A DNA stretch of 63,480 bases, filler included, from Octopus bimaculoides (GCF_001194135.2; 12 parts of 9 records of this genome joined end to end with filler, not necessarily neighbours in it), one strand, 5' to 3'. Numbered from the whole stretch's first letter, positions 13,795-27,448 are shown. Numbers and translations: made by a program. The notes: generated from the letters alone by a model not told the origin.

Positions 13795-14489
13795 NNNNNN
13801 NNNNNNNNNNNNNNNNNNNNNNNNNNNNNNNNNNNNNNNNNNNNNNNNNNNNNNNNNNNNNNNNNNNNNNNNNNNNNNNNNNNNNNNNNNNNNNNNNNNN
13901 NNNNNNNNNNNNNNNNNNNNNNNNNNNNNNNNNNNNNNNNNNNNNNNNNNNNNNNNNNNNNNNNNNNNNNNNNNNNNNNNNNNNNNNNNNNNNNNNNNNN
14001 NNNNNNNNNNNNNNNNNNNNNNNNNNNNNNNNNNNNNNNNNNNNNNNNNNNNNNNNNNNNNNNNNNNNNNNNNNNNNNNNNNNNNNNNNNNNNNNNNNNN
14101 NNNNNNNNNNNNNNNNNNNNNNNNNNNNNNNNNNNNNNNNNNNNNNNNNNNNNNNNNNNNNNNNNNNNNNNNNNNNNNNNNNNNNNNNNNNNNNNNNNNN
14201 NNNNNNNNNNNNNNNNNNNNNNNNNNNNNNNNNNNNNNNNNNNNNNNNNNNNNNNNNNNNNNNNNNNNNNNNNNNNNNNNNNNNNNNNNNNNNNNNNNNN
14301 NNNNNNNNNNNNNNNNNNNNNNNNNNNNNNNNNNNNNNNNNNNNNNNNNNNNNNNNNNNNNNNNNNNNNNNNNNNNNNNNNNNNNNNNNNNNNTAACGAT
14401 ATATATATATACAATTAGATGAACTGAGGTAGGAATAAAGGTAATAAAAGTCATTATTGTGAGTTGTTATATATATATATATATATATA

Positions 14490-14965
14490 TACGTTTAGTG
14501 TCGGCAAGAAATAGATGAAAGAGATGATTTAAATGAATGATAAAGCTCAAAGTGTTGTGAGCATGGGAGGGTGACCGAGAGGAGAAAAAGATGGAAAAAG
14601 CCAGGGGAAGAAGGCGGTCGATGGTATGAATTTTAGAGAGATTGGAGCGAATGGTGGCACGCATAAGGTGGTAGGAGGTGGTGCTGAGTATGGGTAGGAT
14701 GGTGGTAGTAGAGTGGAGAGTGAGGTGGAAATGGAGGCGGAAACCTTTAGGGATGAGGCTGTGATGTAAGCAGCGACTGAGAAACGAAATGTGGCAAGAG
14801 AATCGAGTTTTTTGAATATGAGTAATGAGAGTTGGATGGAAGGTTGAAAGTATTGAGAGGGAAGTGTGTGGAGGTATAGTTTTAGGTGGTTGTGAAGAGT
14901 GAGTTGGAAAGATCTGTAGTCTGGCATGATGGTACAAGAGAGAGAAAAAAAAAACAAACATGTGA
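14490..14965 (-). mobile_element. Probable Penelope-like ORF N-terminal fragment
   Basis: KTRFSCHISFLSRCLHHSLIPKGFRLHF resembles the PLE N-terminal HxxFLxxCxxxxxxPKG motif. Confidence 0.55.
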
Positions 14966-15268
14966 GGAGGAAATTAGACATGGGAAGGAAAATTACAAAA
15001 GGTGTGGGGGAAAAAAATAATGGCGTGAGAAGAAAAAAATGAAAAAGGCGTGAGGAGAAGAAAAATAACCAAACACAAAGAAAAGAGGAAGATGGGACAA
15101 TAGAGAGAAAATGGGGAGAAAGGGAGAGGAGAAGACGAGAGGAGAAAAGACATAGAGGGAGACAAAGTAAGAGGTGCAGATTAGAGAAAACAGAGTAAGA
15201 ACATCCAGTGTACGAAGAGACAGTAAGTAAAGGAAAGGAAAAAAATATAAAAATAGTAATAATAATAA

Positions 15269-15328
<60 letters not shown>

Positions 15329-15506
15329 TGAAGCTGCATTTAAGTGGTAAATATACTTCACGTTGTCATGCTGCTACTGTTTATACCTCGTTTAGAGATT
15401 TATTATTGCTTGTTTACACTTTTTTGAGATCAGTGAATTTTCGTCACTGCAAAAAAGATATATGTATTTGCATTGGGAGCCCTTCGTATCGGAGATCGGC
15501 GATTGT

Positions 15507-15551
15507 CGTACGCTGACGAAGGGTAAATACCTAGAAACCTGGGTCCATGCG
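15507..15551 (+). ncRNA. Minimal hammerhead ribozyme, family B (core intact, stems slightly decayed)
   Basis: cgtacg-CTGACGA-a-gggt aaat acct-a-GAAA-cctggg-TC^catgcg. Confidence 0.7.
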
Positions 15552-15659
15552 CATCACGTCAGATTGATGATGGGAAGGATGACTTCCCTTTGCAAATACC
15601 GACAGGGCACAGATGTGTGTCAATAGCCAGCTGGAGGAGATGTTCAGAATAAAAAGTCC

Positions 15660-15713
<54 letters not shown>

Positions 15714-15714
15714 G

Positions 15715-15970
15715 CCAGTACCGCCTGACTGGCTTCCGTAGGATTTTCGAGCAAGATCGTTGCCAGTATCGCCTGACTGGCCTTCGTGCGGGTGACACGT
15801 AAAAGCACCTACTACACTCTCTGAGTGGTTGACGTTAGGAAGGGCATCCAGCTGTAGAAACTCTACCAAATTTAGATTGGAGCCTGGTGTTGCCATCCGG
15901 TTTCACCAGTTCTCAGTCAAATCGTCCAACCCATGCTAGCATGGAAAGCGGACGTTAAACGATGATGATG
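15715..15970 (+). mobile_element. RTE-tail repeat ending in (GAT)n
   Basis: Same sequence as the 3' UTR at 13.7 kb. Ends in ccatgctagcatggaaagcggacgttaaacgatgatgatgat. Confidence 0.7.
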
Positions 15971-16115
15971 ATACATGTCTGTATGTACACACATATACAC
16001 ACATATATACAAATATGTATGTATGAACACACACACACATATCTAGACACAGAAACATATATGCATGCATGCATCCGTCCATCCATCCATCCACACATCC
16101 ATACATAAATACATA

Positions 16116-16475
16116 TCTTTTACTTGTTTCAGTCATTAGATTATGGCCATGCTGGGGCATCACCTTGAAGGATTTTTAGTTGAATAAATTGACCCCCCCC
16201 GCCCCAGTACTTTTGTTTCTAAAGCCTGGTACTTATTCTATCGCTCTGTTTTGCCGAACTGCTAAGTTACAGGGACATAATCATCATTTGTCAAGTGGTG
16301 GCATGAGACAAACACAAACACACACACACACACACACACACGACGGACTTCATTTCACTTTTCGTCTACCAAATCGACACTCACAAGGCTTTAATTGGCC
16401 TGAGGCTATAATAGAAGACATTTGTCCAAGCTGCCATGCAGTGGGACTGAACCTGAAACCATGTGGTTGGGAGGC
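16116..16475 (-). mobile_element. SINE family 1 copy
   Basis: tttacttgtttcagtcat...gggactgaacc. Further partial copies at about 4225-4344, 18250-18480, 19185-19350, 22700-22905 (+), 26597-26735, 27150-27262, 28209-28310, 34300-34510, 57590-57790 and 63005-63290. Confidence 0.8.
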
Positions 16476-16684
16476 AATATATACATGTATACATATACAT
16501 AGAGACATCCAAAGCCTTCCTGAGACTGCATATAATCCTTTCAGATCATGCAATGGTGGCAGTTTAATTTGATTGTTAATAAAATTCACAACCTGGACAG
16601 TAAAACTGTTGCACTCTGTGTGTATCCATTCATAATGTGTATCTGTGTGTGTGTGCACATTCACACCCATTCATATACACACAT

Positions 16685-16723
<39 letters not shown>

Positions 16724-17537
16724 TGCACACAAACACACACATATATATTTCTAAACACCTATAACAGGTAACTTCTACATGCTAGCATGTAGAAGTTACC
16801 TGTTATAGGTAATTTCCCTTATACTTTATATGGAATATGTTGTCTATTGACTTTTTTAGATGCTAGACCACTGGTAGTATAACTCTGTATAGTTTTTGCT
16901 ACCCTTTTATATATATACTGATGTATTTCTAAACACCTATAACATGTGTGTGTGTGTACATGCACATGTACGCATACATATATGTGTGTGTATGTGTGCG
17001 CATGTGTAAAAGTGTGCATGCATATGTGAATGTGTGTGTGTGTGTGTGTGTGTGTATAAGTGTCTGTGTATATGTTTGTGTGTGTGTGTGTGTGTATGTA
17101 TACATGTCTGTGTATATGTTTGTGTGTGTGTGAGTTGGGGGGGAGGGTAGCAACATGGAGAAAATACTTGGCCACCGGCATGCCTCCAGCAAAGTAAAAT
17201 TCTCCTTGTTGGCTGCCAAACAAAATTATACTATTTGCAGTATGACAAAAGTGAAAGTAATGTTGTAACTTAAGTATTGTTACATTTCTTTTTTTATTTC
17301 TTGCAAATTATCCAAATTCCAGAAGCATATTATCCACCTGAATATACTTTGAACGTATGAATTATTATACACATGACATGGTTTCAAGTTCAATTCCTGC
17401 TGCGCAGCTGCTTGAGAAAATGCCACTAAAGCCAGACTAACCATCACCTTGTAAGTATGTCTTGCAGTTAGAAACTGAATAAGAGTCCATTGTATGGATG
17501 GATACACACACACACACACACAATCACATATGTACAA

Positions 17538-17865
17538 GTGTATGGCTCAGTGGTTAGAGCATTGGGCTCACAATCATGAGGTAGTGAATTTGATTCCCAG
17601 ACTGAGTTGTGTGTTGTGTTCTTGAGCAAGACACTTTACTTCACATTGCTCCAGTTCACTCAGCTGTAGAAATGAGTTGCAACATCACTGGTGCCGAGCT
17701 GTATTGGCCTTTGCATTTCCCTTGGATAACATTGATGGAGTGGAGATGGGAAAGCTGGTATGCATGGGCGACTGCTGGTTTTCCACAAACAACCTTGCTT
17801 GGACTTGTGCCTCAGAGGGTAACTTTCTAGGTGCAATCCCATGGTCATTCATGACCAAAAGGGGT
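17538..17865 (+). mobile_element. tRNA-derived SINE family 3
   Basis: A-box tggctcagtggttagagc, B-box-like tttgattcc, central ttgagcaagacactttacttcacattgctccag. Confidence 0.7.
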
Positions 17866-19138
17866 CTGTCTCTGAAAATTACAACCTATAAGAGATGATA
17901 ATGTTTCTGTTTCTCTTGTCAACAAATTTTCCACTGGTTTTGTGCTTTTGAAAACATTGAAATAAGAGGTCTTTTACTTGAAAAGCAAGTAAGAGATAGT
18001 GCCAGGAAGGGCATCTAGCTGTCAAACATTGGTGTCAAATTTTCGCACAAGGCCAGCAATTTCAAGAGAGTGGTTAAGTCAATAACATCGACCCAAGTGT
18101 TCATCTGATACTTATTTTATCGACCCCGAAAGAATGAAAGGCAAAGTCAACCTCAGCAGAATTTGAACTCACAATGTAAAGACAGGCAAAATGCCACTAA
18201 GCATTTTGTCCAGATATGCTAACCATTCTACCAGCTCACTACCTGGTGCTTATTCTATTGAGCTCTTTTACCAAATCACTAAGGTATGAGGACATAAATA
18301 AACCAGCACTAGTTGTCAAGTGATGGTAGAGGATAAACACACACAACAGGCTTCATTCACATTCTGTCTAACAAATCCACTCAAGGTTTTGGTCAGCCTG
18401 GGATTGTTACATAGTGGAACTGAATTCAGGACCATTTGGTTGAGAGGCAAACTTCTTACCATACAGCCACATCTGTGCCTATGTGTATGTATATGCATAT
18501 ATGCTCCTAATTATATACATCTATGTGTGCATATGCATATGTATTGCTATATATCATCATCATCGTTTAACGTCCGCTTTCCATGCTAGCATGGGTTGAA
18601 TGATTTGACTGAGGACTGGCAAGCCAGAAGGCTCCAGGCTCCAATCTCATCTGACAGAATTTCTACAGCTGGATGCCCTTGGGTGCTTTTACGTGACACT
18701 GGAACAAGGGTCAATCACACGGTACTGACAACAGCCACACTCAAAAAGGTGTTTTTTACGTGCCACCTGCACGGGAGCNNNNNNNNNNCACACACAACAG
18801 GCTTCATTCACATTCTGTCTAACAAATCCACTCAAGGTTTTGGTCAGCCTGGGATTGTTACATAGTGGAACTGAATTCAGGACCATTTGGTTGAGAGGCA
18901 AACTTCTTACCATACAGCCACATCTGTGCCTATGTGTATGTATATGCATATATGCTCCTAATTATATACATCTATGTGTGCATATGCATATGTATTGCTA
19001 TATATCNNNNNNNNNNNNNNNNNNNNNNNNNNNNNNNNNNNNNNNNNNNNTTAATTAATTAANNNNNNNNNNNNNNNNNNNNNNNNNNNNNNNNNNNNNN
19101 NNNNNNAAAGAATATGTATACATAGTTACACACGTGTG

Positions 19139-19187
<49 letters not shown>

Positions 19188-20699
19188 GATGGGCTTCTTT
19201 CAGTTTCCGTCTAACAAATCCACTCACAAGGCTTTGGTCGGCCCGAGGCTAGAGTAGAAGACACTTGCCCAAGATGCCATGCAGTGGGACTGAACCCGGA
19301 ACCATGCGGTTGGTAGGCAAGTTACTTACTACACAGCCACTCCTGTGCCTATATATATATATAGTTACATATAGATATATATACAAATATTATAGTAACG
19401 TATGTATGAGTAGACATGTATGTATGAGTAGACATATATGCAGATGTGTGTGTTTATGCCTGCGTGCGCGCGTATGTGTATGTGTATATGCCTGTATGTG
19501 TATGTGTGTGCCTCCCAAATTGTTTACGACGTCTTCCCTTCGTTCACTCTAAATCCTTAATGTTTCCCCGGATTATCCGCACTTACCTTTTCGGCAATGG
19601 CACCGAGATATTCCGGACGATTGCATCCTCGCACAGTCTCCAACCTTGTTTCAAACACTCCCGCCACCTACCTACCTACTTACCNNNNNNNNNNNNNNNN
19701 NNNNNNNNNNNNNNNNNNNNNNNNNNNNNNNNNNNNNNNNNNNNNNNNNNNNNNNNNNNNNNNNNNNNNNNNNNNNNNNNNNNNNNNNNNNNNNNNNNNN
19801 NNNNNNNNNNNNNNNNNNNNNNNNNNNNNNNNNNNNNNNNNNNNNNNNNNNNNNNNNNNNNNNNNNNNNNNNNNNNNNNNNNNNNNNNNNNNNNNNNNNN
19901 NNNNNNNNNNNNNNNNNNNNNNNNNNNNNNNNNNNNNNNNNNNNNNNNNNNNNNNNNNNNNNNNNNNNNNNNNNNNNNNNNNNNNNNNNNNNNNNNNNNN
20001 NNNNNNNNNNNNNNNNNNNNNNNNNNNNNNNNNNNNNNNNNNNNNNNNNNNNNNNNNNNNNNNNNNNNNNNNNNNNNNNNNNNNNNNNNNNNNNNNNNNN
20101 NNNNNNNNNNNNNNNNNNNNNNNNNNNNNNNNNNNNNNNNNNNNNNNNNNNNNNNNNNNNNNNNNNNNNNNNNNNNNNNNNNNNNNNNNNNNNNNNNNNN
20201 NNNNNNNNNNNNNNNNNNNNNNNNNNNNNNNNNNNNNNNNNNNNNNNNNNNNNNNNNNNNNNNNNNNNNNNNNNNNNNNNNNNNNNNNNNNNNNNNNNNN
20301 NNNNNNNNNNNNNNNNNNNNNNNNNNNNNNNNNNNNNNNNNNNNNNNNNNNNNNNNNNNNNNNNNNNNNNNNNNNNNNNNNNNNNNNNNNNNNNNNNNNN
20401 NNNNNNNNNNNNNNNNNNNNNNNNNNNNNNNNNNNNNNNNNNNNNNNNNNNNNNNNNNNNNNNNNNCTTTTTCTCTCCCTCTCCCTCTATGTCTATCTCT
20501 CACTTCCTCCCTCTCTATCTCACCATCAATCTCTCTATCCCTTTCTCTCTCTCACACACACACACACCACCACCACCACGTCACCTGTCCTTGTTATCCT
20601 TCCCCTATTCCTACCCCACCCCCCTGCCGCCATTTATAGTTAATTCCAGTACACTTTTGATTGATAAATAGCAATAAAAGGCGGTGGTGATATTTGCGA

Positions 20700-21230
20700 A
20701 GTAGTAGTAGTAGTAGTGGTGGTGGTAGTGGTGGTGGTAGTGGTGGTGGTGGCGTCGGTGGTAGTGGTTGAACGTCCAACGTACCGTACAGGTTGAAATA
20801 TGGCCGCTGCTGTCTTATTTGTGGTCGAGAGACGGGAGCAGTCATGCGCAGTGAAGGTAACACCGTTAGAGATGAGACTTAGACAAGACTTAGAAGACGA
20901 GCCATATGATGGCAGTCATAAGGAGGATGGCGATGATGATGATGATGATGATGAGGAGGAGGAGGAGGTGCGGAGGGTTGTCATAATGGTGACGATTATG
21001 AGCATAATTATTATCACTACCACCATGATGATGATGATGGTGATGGTGTTAGTGGTGAAGAAGATTCTTATGATGATTGTCCGGAATACAATGGTGGTGA
21101 TGAGGAATGATGACGATGATGATGGTGATGATGATGATGATAAAGTAGTGTTTTGATGATGATGGTGAAAAAAATGTGGTTTTGTAATGGCAGTTGCAAC
21201 GGCGATGATATTGAGGATGATGACTACTCT
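20700..21230. repeat. Degenerate trinucleotide low-complexity tract (GTA/GGT/GAT)n
   Basis: Direct reading. The ORFs here are homopolymeric. Confidence 0.8.
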
Positions 21231-21512
21231 GATACAATAGCTCAGTCCGTCAACGTCAAAGAAACGGCACAGCACTATCTAAACACATTTGGAAACAAAA
21301 CGACGGTCGTGGAGGATATAGCGGTTCTCATATTGGCAAGCATAAATTGAGCACCGGCATGTAGAAATGGCCCAGATTCTACGACCCGCAACATCACTGA
21401 AAAACATTTCATTTGCCACCAAAATATCAAACGTAAGCAAAGGAGCTAAGCTCCTTTCAACTTGCATACTAAACTATATTTTGTTTATTATTCGCTGTAG
21501 GGTATATTTCAC

Positions 21513-21580
<68 letters not shown>

Positions 21581-22049
21581 GTTTCAGTCCTGAGAACCAA
21601 AGAGGGTGACCTCTAAATTGTAGCCAGACATGATAGAAATTGCAGCCTAATATCCCTCAATGTCTTATGTATAGATATGCCTCTATAAACCGACGAATGA
21701 CAACTCTACATGGCAGGTAGGCCTGGTAGAAATAGCACCCATATCTCACTCAAATCACGTTTCCACCGTCTTACAAAACCGGGAATCATTGAATCAAAAA
21801 GTGCCGAGGGTTCCCAGCACATCAAAGAAAAAACGTGATGGTCATACCTTGAACGTCGTGTTCTAGTTATTCTGGACGAAGGCAAATTAGCAACAAAACG
21901 CAGGACCAAATACTACAACGATAACCTTCATTATCGATACTACCACTAGTACTACAGCAGCAACTACTACTACTACTACCACCACCACCACCACTGTAAC
22001 CCATACACGCACAGTCTCCTACGTATTGTTAAGCACACGCACTTACACA

Positions 22050-22450
22050 AACTGTATCTTACACACAGTCTTAAACAGCTTAAAACATGATGCATACACA
22101 CATACACACATTGTACCTGAAACACCCAAAGATATAATACATACACACACACATTGTATCTTAAACACACTAAGATGTGATACATACGCGCACACACATT
22201 CAATTCTAAACAGCCTAAGGTGTAACACACAAACACACACACACACACATTGTATGTTAAACACACTAAGACATGGTACACAAGCACACACACACATTCA
22301 ATCATAAACGCCTTAAAGTGAAACACATACACACACATTGTATCTTAAAGACTCTAAGACGTGATACATACGCACACACACACACACACACACACACACG
22401 CATATTGTATCTTAAATACCCTAAGATGTGACACACACATACATGCACAC
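22050..22450. repeat. Minisatellite of about 50-60 bp units with (CA)n spacers
   Basis: Recurrent cacattgtatcttaaa..ctaagatgtgatacatac. Confidence 0.8.
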
Positions 22451-22551
22451 GTGCACACACATAAACATACATAGACGCGGACACACACATACACGCATGC
22501 ACACACATTCGCGCAGAGACTCACATATACAAACATAAACACACACACGCA

Positions 22552-22589
<38 letters not shown>

Positions 22590-24444
22590 NNNNNNNNNNN
22601 NNNNNNNNNNNNNNNNNNNNNNNNNNNNNNNNNTTAATTAATTAANNNNNNNNNNNNNNNNNNNNNNNNNNNNNNNNNNNNNNNNNNNNTATATATATAT
22701 ATATATGTATGTGTCCCCCCCCCCAACATCACTTGACAGCCGATGCTAGTGTGTTTACCTCCCCGTAACATTAGCGGTTCGTCAAAAGAGACTTAACGAA
22801 TAAATATTAGGCATACAAAGAATAAGTCCTGGGGTCGATTTGCTCGACTAAAGGCGGTGCTCTAGCAGTCAAAATGACTGAAACAAATAAAAGAATAAAA
22901 GAATAGTTTAAGACAAGTTTTAAAAAAAATAATCTTTTTTTTAAGGACATTTTTTTTTTCAAATTTCATTTCTATGATTCAGCAAAATTTGTACATAAAT
23001 TTAAATATTCTCAGTTCCCCAATTTTTATTTAACCCTAACTTAAAGCACTCATTCTTAGCGCTTCCCCCAAATCCTAACCTTAAATCCTAACTGTATGGC
23101 CTTATCTCAAAACTGCAACCCTCAGCTTATCTCTAAATCCTACACTCTAACACTGATCCAAATCCTGCTCCTAAATCCTAACGGCAGTACCTGATCTTAA
23201 GATTATTCTTTGTGTAGGTTAGCAATCTGCTTTGTTTAAAGCATACACTTCTGTCGGCGGAAGGCAAAGGAAAAATGCAAATAAAAGAAGTACCACGAAG
23301 TATGTACTTTGAAATCAATGGACCAAAAATTAGTACTTGAAATTTGGAAAAATCAGTGTTTAAAATATGACAAAAAATACGAAGAAATTTCAGAAAACGC
23401 TTTGGAAGTGATGTAGGATATTTATCCCACACTTTGTAAAGCAACATTAAAGCACTATCGCGCTGAGATCGACTTTGCCTTTCATCCTTTCGGGGTCGAT
23501 AAATTAAGTACCAGTTATACACTGAGGTCGATCTAATCGACTGGTCTCCTCACCCAAAATTTCGGGCCTTGCGCCTAGAGTAGAAAAGAATATTAAAGCA
23601 CTAATATACTNNNNNNNNNNNNNNNNNNNNNNNNNNNNNNNNNNNNNNNNNNNNNNNNNNNNNNNNNNNNNNNNNNNNNNNNNNNNNNNNNNNNNNNNNN
23701 NNNNNNNNNNNNNNNNNNNNNNNNNNNNNNNNNNNNNNNNNNNNNNNNNNNNNNNNNNNNNNNNNNNNNNNNNNNNNNNNNNNNNNNNNNNNNNNNNNNN
23801 NNNNNNNNNNNNNNNNNNNNNNNNNNNNNNNNNNNNNNNNNNNNNNNNNNNNNNNNNNNNNNNNNNNNNNNNNNNNNNNNNNNNNNNNNNNNNNNNNNNN
23901 NNNNNNNNNNNNNNNNNNNNNNNNNNNNNNNNNNNNNNNNNNNNNNNNNNNNNNNNNNNNNNNNNNNNNNNNNNNNNNNNNNNNNNNNNNNNNNNNNNNN
24001 NNNNNNNNNNNNNNNNNNNNNNNNNNNNNNNNNNNNNNNNNNNNNNNNNNNNNNNNNNNNNNNNNNNNNNNNNNNNNNNNNNNNNNNNNNNNNNNNNNNN
24101 NNNNNNNNNNNNNNNNNNNNNNNNNNNNNNNNNNNNNNNNNNNNNNNNNNNNNNNNNNNNNNNNNNNNNNNNNNNNNNNNNNNNNNNNNNNNNNNNNNNN
24201 NNNNNNNNNNNNNNNNNNNNNNNNNNNNNNNNNNNNNNNNNNNNNNNNNNNNNNNNNNNNNNNNNNNNNNNNNNNNNNNNNNNNNNNNNNNNNNNNNNNN
24301 NNNNNNNNNNNNNNNNNNNNNNNNNNNNNNNNNNNNNNNNNNNNNNNNNNNNNNNNNNNNNNNNNNNAACAAGCAAGGAAAAACAACAAAGTGAGGACGT
24401 GGAACAGGTACTGGACGCTCAGGAAAGGAAAACAAAGAAAGAAG

Positions 24445-24479
24445 ATTTCACGTTTCGAGCGGAACTCTTCATCAGAAAT
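24445..24479 (-). ncRNA. Minimal hammerhead, family D, with non-cleavable GUG triplet
   Basis: Minus strand: attt-CTGATGA-a-gag ttccg ctc-GAAA-cg-T-G-aaat. Confidence 0.65.
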
Positions 24480-24594
24480 ATAGAAAAAGTCCAAAGAAAG
24501 GAAGACGGAGAAAGAAAATCGCCAACGATGCACACGCGGTCAAAATTTAAGTGTAGTTCTACGTATCTCATGAAACACGCATCCCATTTAAGTG

Positions 24595-24626
<32 letters not shown>

Positions 24627-25456
24627 GGGATGCATTTCTCACGAGACACGTAGCACCACAGTTAAATTATATATATAATATGCATAAATGTGTATGTATG
24701 TATATATGAAGTGTCGAGAGTTTCGTGCACTGGCACTTACCAAACTAGTTACAGTTGGAAGAGCTGTGGGTTCATATAGCTGATTAAAATTACATTTCTC
24801 TAGATTGTTCAAGAACGGATTTTAAAAGCAATTACAATACCACGTAGATGATTCATTTTTTCAAATAGTTTTCCCGTTATGTCATTCAATAAGCAAATAC
24901 ATACATACATACATAGATTGAGGCCCTGGGAAATGTAACACACTGCCTAAATACCAATCTTGAGAAATTAGGCTTTTCAAAACCAGAAAGGAGACAGCTA
25001 ATTCGAATACTACAGACACAATCCATCACTGGAACTGTAAAAATCTGTAAAACTTTCCTGAAGTTTATCATTTAAATATATACGAGCTTGTCTAGATATG
25101 CAACTATAGGCATGAGAATACATTCATAGAACATACAAATCTGCACATACATACATCCATACATACATCCATACATACAAACAAAAATACCCTGTTGATG
25201 TTGAAATTCCAATGAAGGAACCTTGGATCTAGATTAGAAACCGGTTCTTTCTCTATTGGCAAGAAATCTTGAAATAAACTGAATAATGACATATTATGTC
25301 GTATCGTATGCTTTCGACAACACCTACTAACTACCAAACGCTGAAGTCCGCCATGGGACAAATCTGTATACATGAGAGCGCTAACATCATAAAAGTCGGA
25401 AAGGAGATTATGAAAAAAGTAATTCCTAACTGCTGTTCGGATGCATAAGATTGTGT

Positions 25457-25910
25457 AACACAATTTTTGTCCTTGTGTAGCAACTGTTATTTCTTCTTTG
25501 CTTACCCTCGAAAATATGAAAAATGGCTAATATTTCCTTCAAAGTTTGCTTTTGTTACGATATTTATTGAAACCCCCAAAGAATCCCTATGATGTTCCCC
25601 CACTACTCCTGCTCATGATCAGAGATGTTCATATTGTCAGCCACTAAAGGACGTGCTCAAGTGGTTAACATCAAGCAACTGACAAGCAACTCTGTGGTAT
25701 TGAACAGAATATTTGCTACAACGATTTCTGTTTCAGCAACTCAGCGTTGAATTTGTCTGAAATGGAATGGAAAATAGGTCAGTTTGGAAATATTGATGTC
25801 CAGGTCACAAGAGCAAAGTTTGAAGAGAATAGTAGTGATTTCCTTTGATTTCTTGATAAAGGCAAATAGGAAATAACGCTGACCAAAGACAAAAATAAAT
25901 AAATAAAATG
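25457..25910 (+). mobile_element. Unclassified interspersed repeat of about 460 bp
   Basis: Colinear with 58281-58750. The central block of about 170 bp is shared with 30585-30750. Confidence 0.7.
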
Positions 25911-27448
25911 TTTGTTAAACAGTGTAATTAATTGAAAATTAATTACAGTGTTATCAATTAATTACCTAATTACCTAAATCATCGTGAATATAATTTATAC
26001 TCATTTCAGTTTTAATTTGTTTTTGGTGGGGGTACGATAAAAACTTTTTAAAATGCGTAATCGTGTTGTGCCCTATTACGTTTGGTACATTCATTCATTG
26101 TGCTGTCGTCTGCAAAAAGGGTGACGGAGGCTGTTTCGTTGTTTCGAAGTAGCTCCAACGAGTTGACAAAGCAGAAACAACAATGTACTATAAAGGAGGC
26201 AAACAAAACAAGCCGAACGATTAGTCAGGGTTAAGCAGACGACCAAGTAAAACAAAGACGTTTCATTTCAACATGGCCGGCAGCAATAGCAGCAACTGGT
26301 CACAGCAAAGTGAAACAACGAAGCTCAACTATTTATGGAATCAGCTATTCAACAAGTGTGTATTGCATCCAATTAATTATCACTGGGACTTGTGCATTAA
26401 ATAAATTAATGAGATAAAGCAAAAACAACTTGGTAGGTCACGCGGATGAGGCAACGACGACGACGACGACGACGAAGAGGTATCGAGCGAACCTCTTATA
26501 GGACGCTCGGCTTGCTAGAAATAGCAGTTAATTCTGTACTAATCATACTTTACCGTTTTTGAGCAAAAAAAAATAGACATTCGGTAATATCTTTTATCTT
26601 TTACTTGTTTCGGTCATTTGACTGCGGCCATGTTGGAGCACCGCCTTGAAGGGTTTTACTCGAACAAATCGACTCAAAGACATATTTTAAAGCCTAGTAC
26701 TTATTCTAAGTACTCTTTTGCCGAACCGCTATGTTACGGCTCCATCATTGGAATTTCAACATCAACAACAGGGTACTTTTGTTTGTATGTATGTATGTAT
26801 GTATGTATGAATGTATGTATGTATGTATGTATGTATGTAGGTAGGTAGGTAGGTAGGTAGGCATGCATATATGTATGTATGTGTGTGTGCAGATTTGTAT
26901 GTTTTGCTTTAAGTATGAATTCTCATGCATATAGTTACATATCTAGACATGCTCATACATATTTAAATGATAAACTTCTGGGAAGTTTTACAGATTTTTA
27001 TAGTTCCAGCGATGGATTGGATCTGTAGTCTCCGAATTNNNNNNNNNNNNNNNNNNNNNNNNNNNNNNNNNNNNNNNNNNNNTTAATTAATTAANNNNNN
27101 NNNNNNNNNNNNNNNNNNNNNNNNNNNNNNNNNNNNNNATATATATATACAACGGGCTTCTTTCAGTTTCCGTCTACCAAATTCACTCACAAGGCTTTGA
27201 TGGGCCCGAGGCTATAGTAGAAGACACTTGCCCAAGGTGCCACGCAGTGGGACTGAACCCGGAATATATTTATATATATATGTAGGTTGTATTTAATCTT
27301 TGAATCGTAACATATAATTGCCAAGTGTGGCGTCCCACACGGGACAGTGCTACTGACGTGTATAGCACTAGGAAAACATCTCTTCCAGCTGGCTAATGAC
27401 ATACGTTCTGTGTCCGATTAGTATTTGCGAGGGGAGGTCATCGCTCCC

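Noticed and set aside
17538-17600. tRNA-like A/B boxes (also at SINE family 1 and 2 heads)
   Set aside because: No complete cloverleaf, and they continue into SINE bodies, so they were not called as tRNA genes.
18338-19006. Identical 218-bp direct repeat (18338-18555 and 18789-19006)
   Set aside because: It flanks a small gap and ends at a gap, the typical pattern of an assembly overlap or haplotype duplication.
20594-21467. Several 60-120 aa ORFs rich in D/E/V/M/S
   Set aside because: They are products of degenerate trinucleotide repeats, with no domain or convincing splice structure.
21706-21909. Protein-looking ORF YDHHVFSLMCWEPSALFDSMIPGFVRRWKRD
   Set aside because: It overlaps the ctagaaatagcagccaaatct-type interspersed repeat, whose fragments also occur at about 26515, 37310-37345 and 39095.
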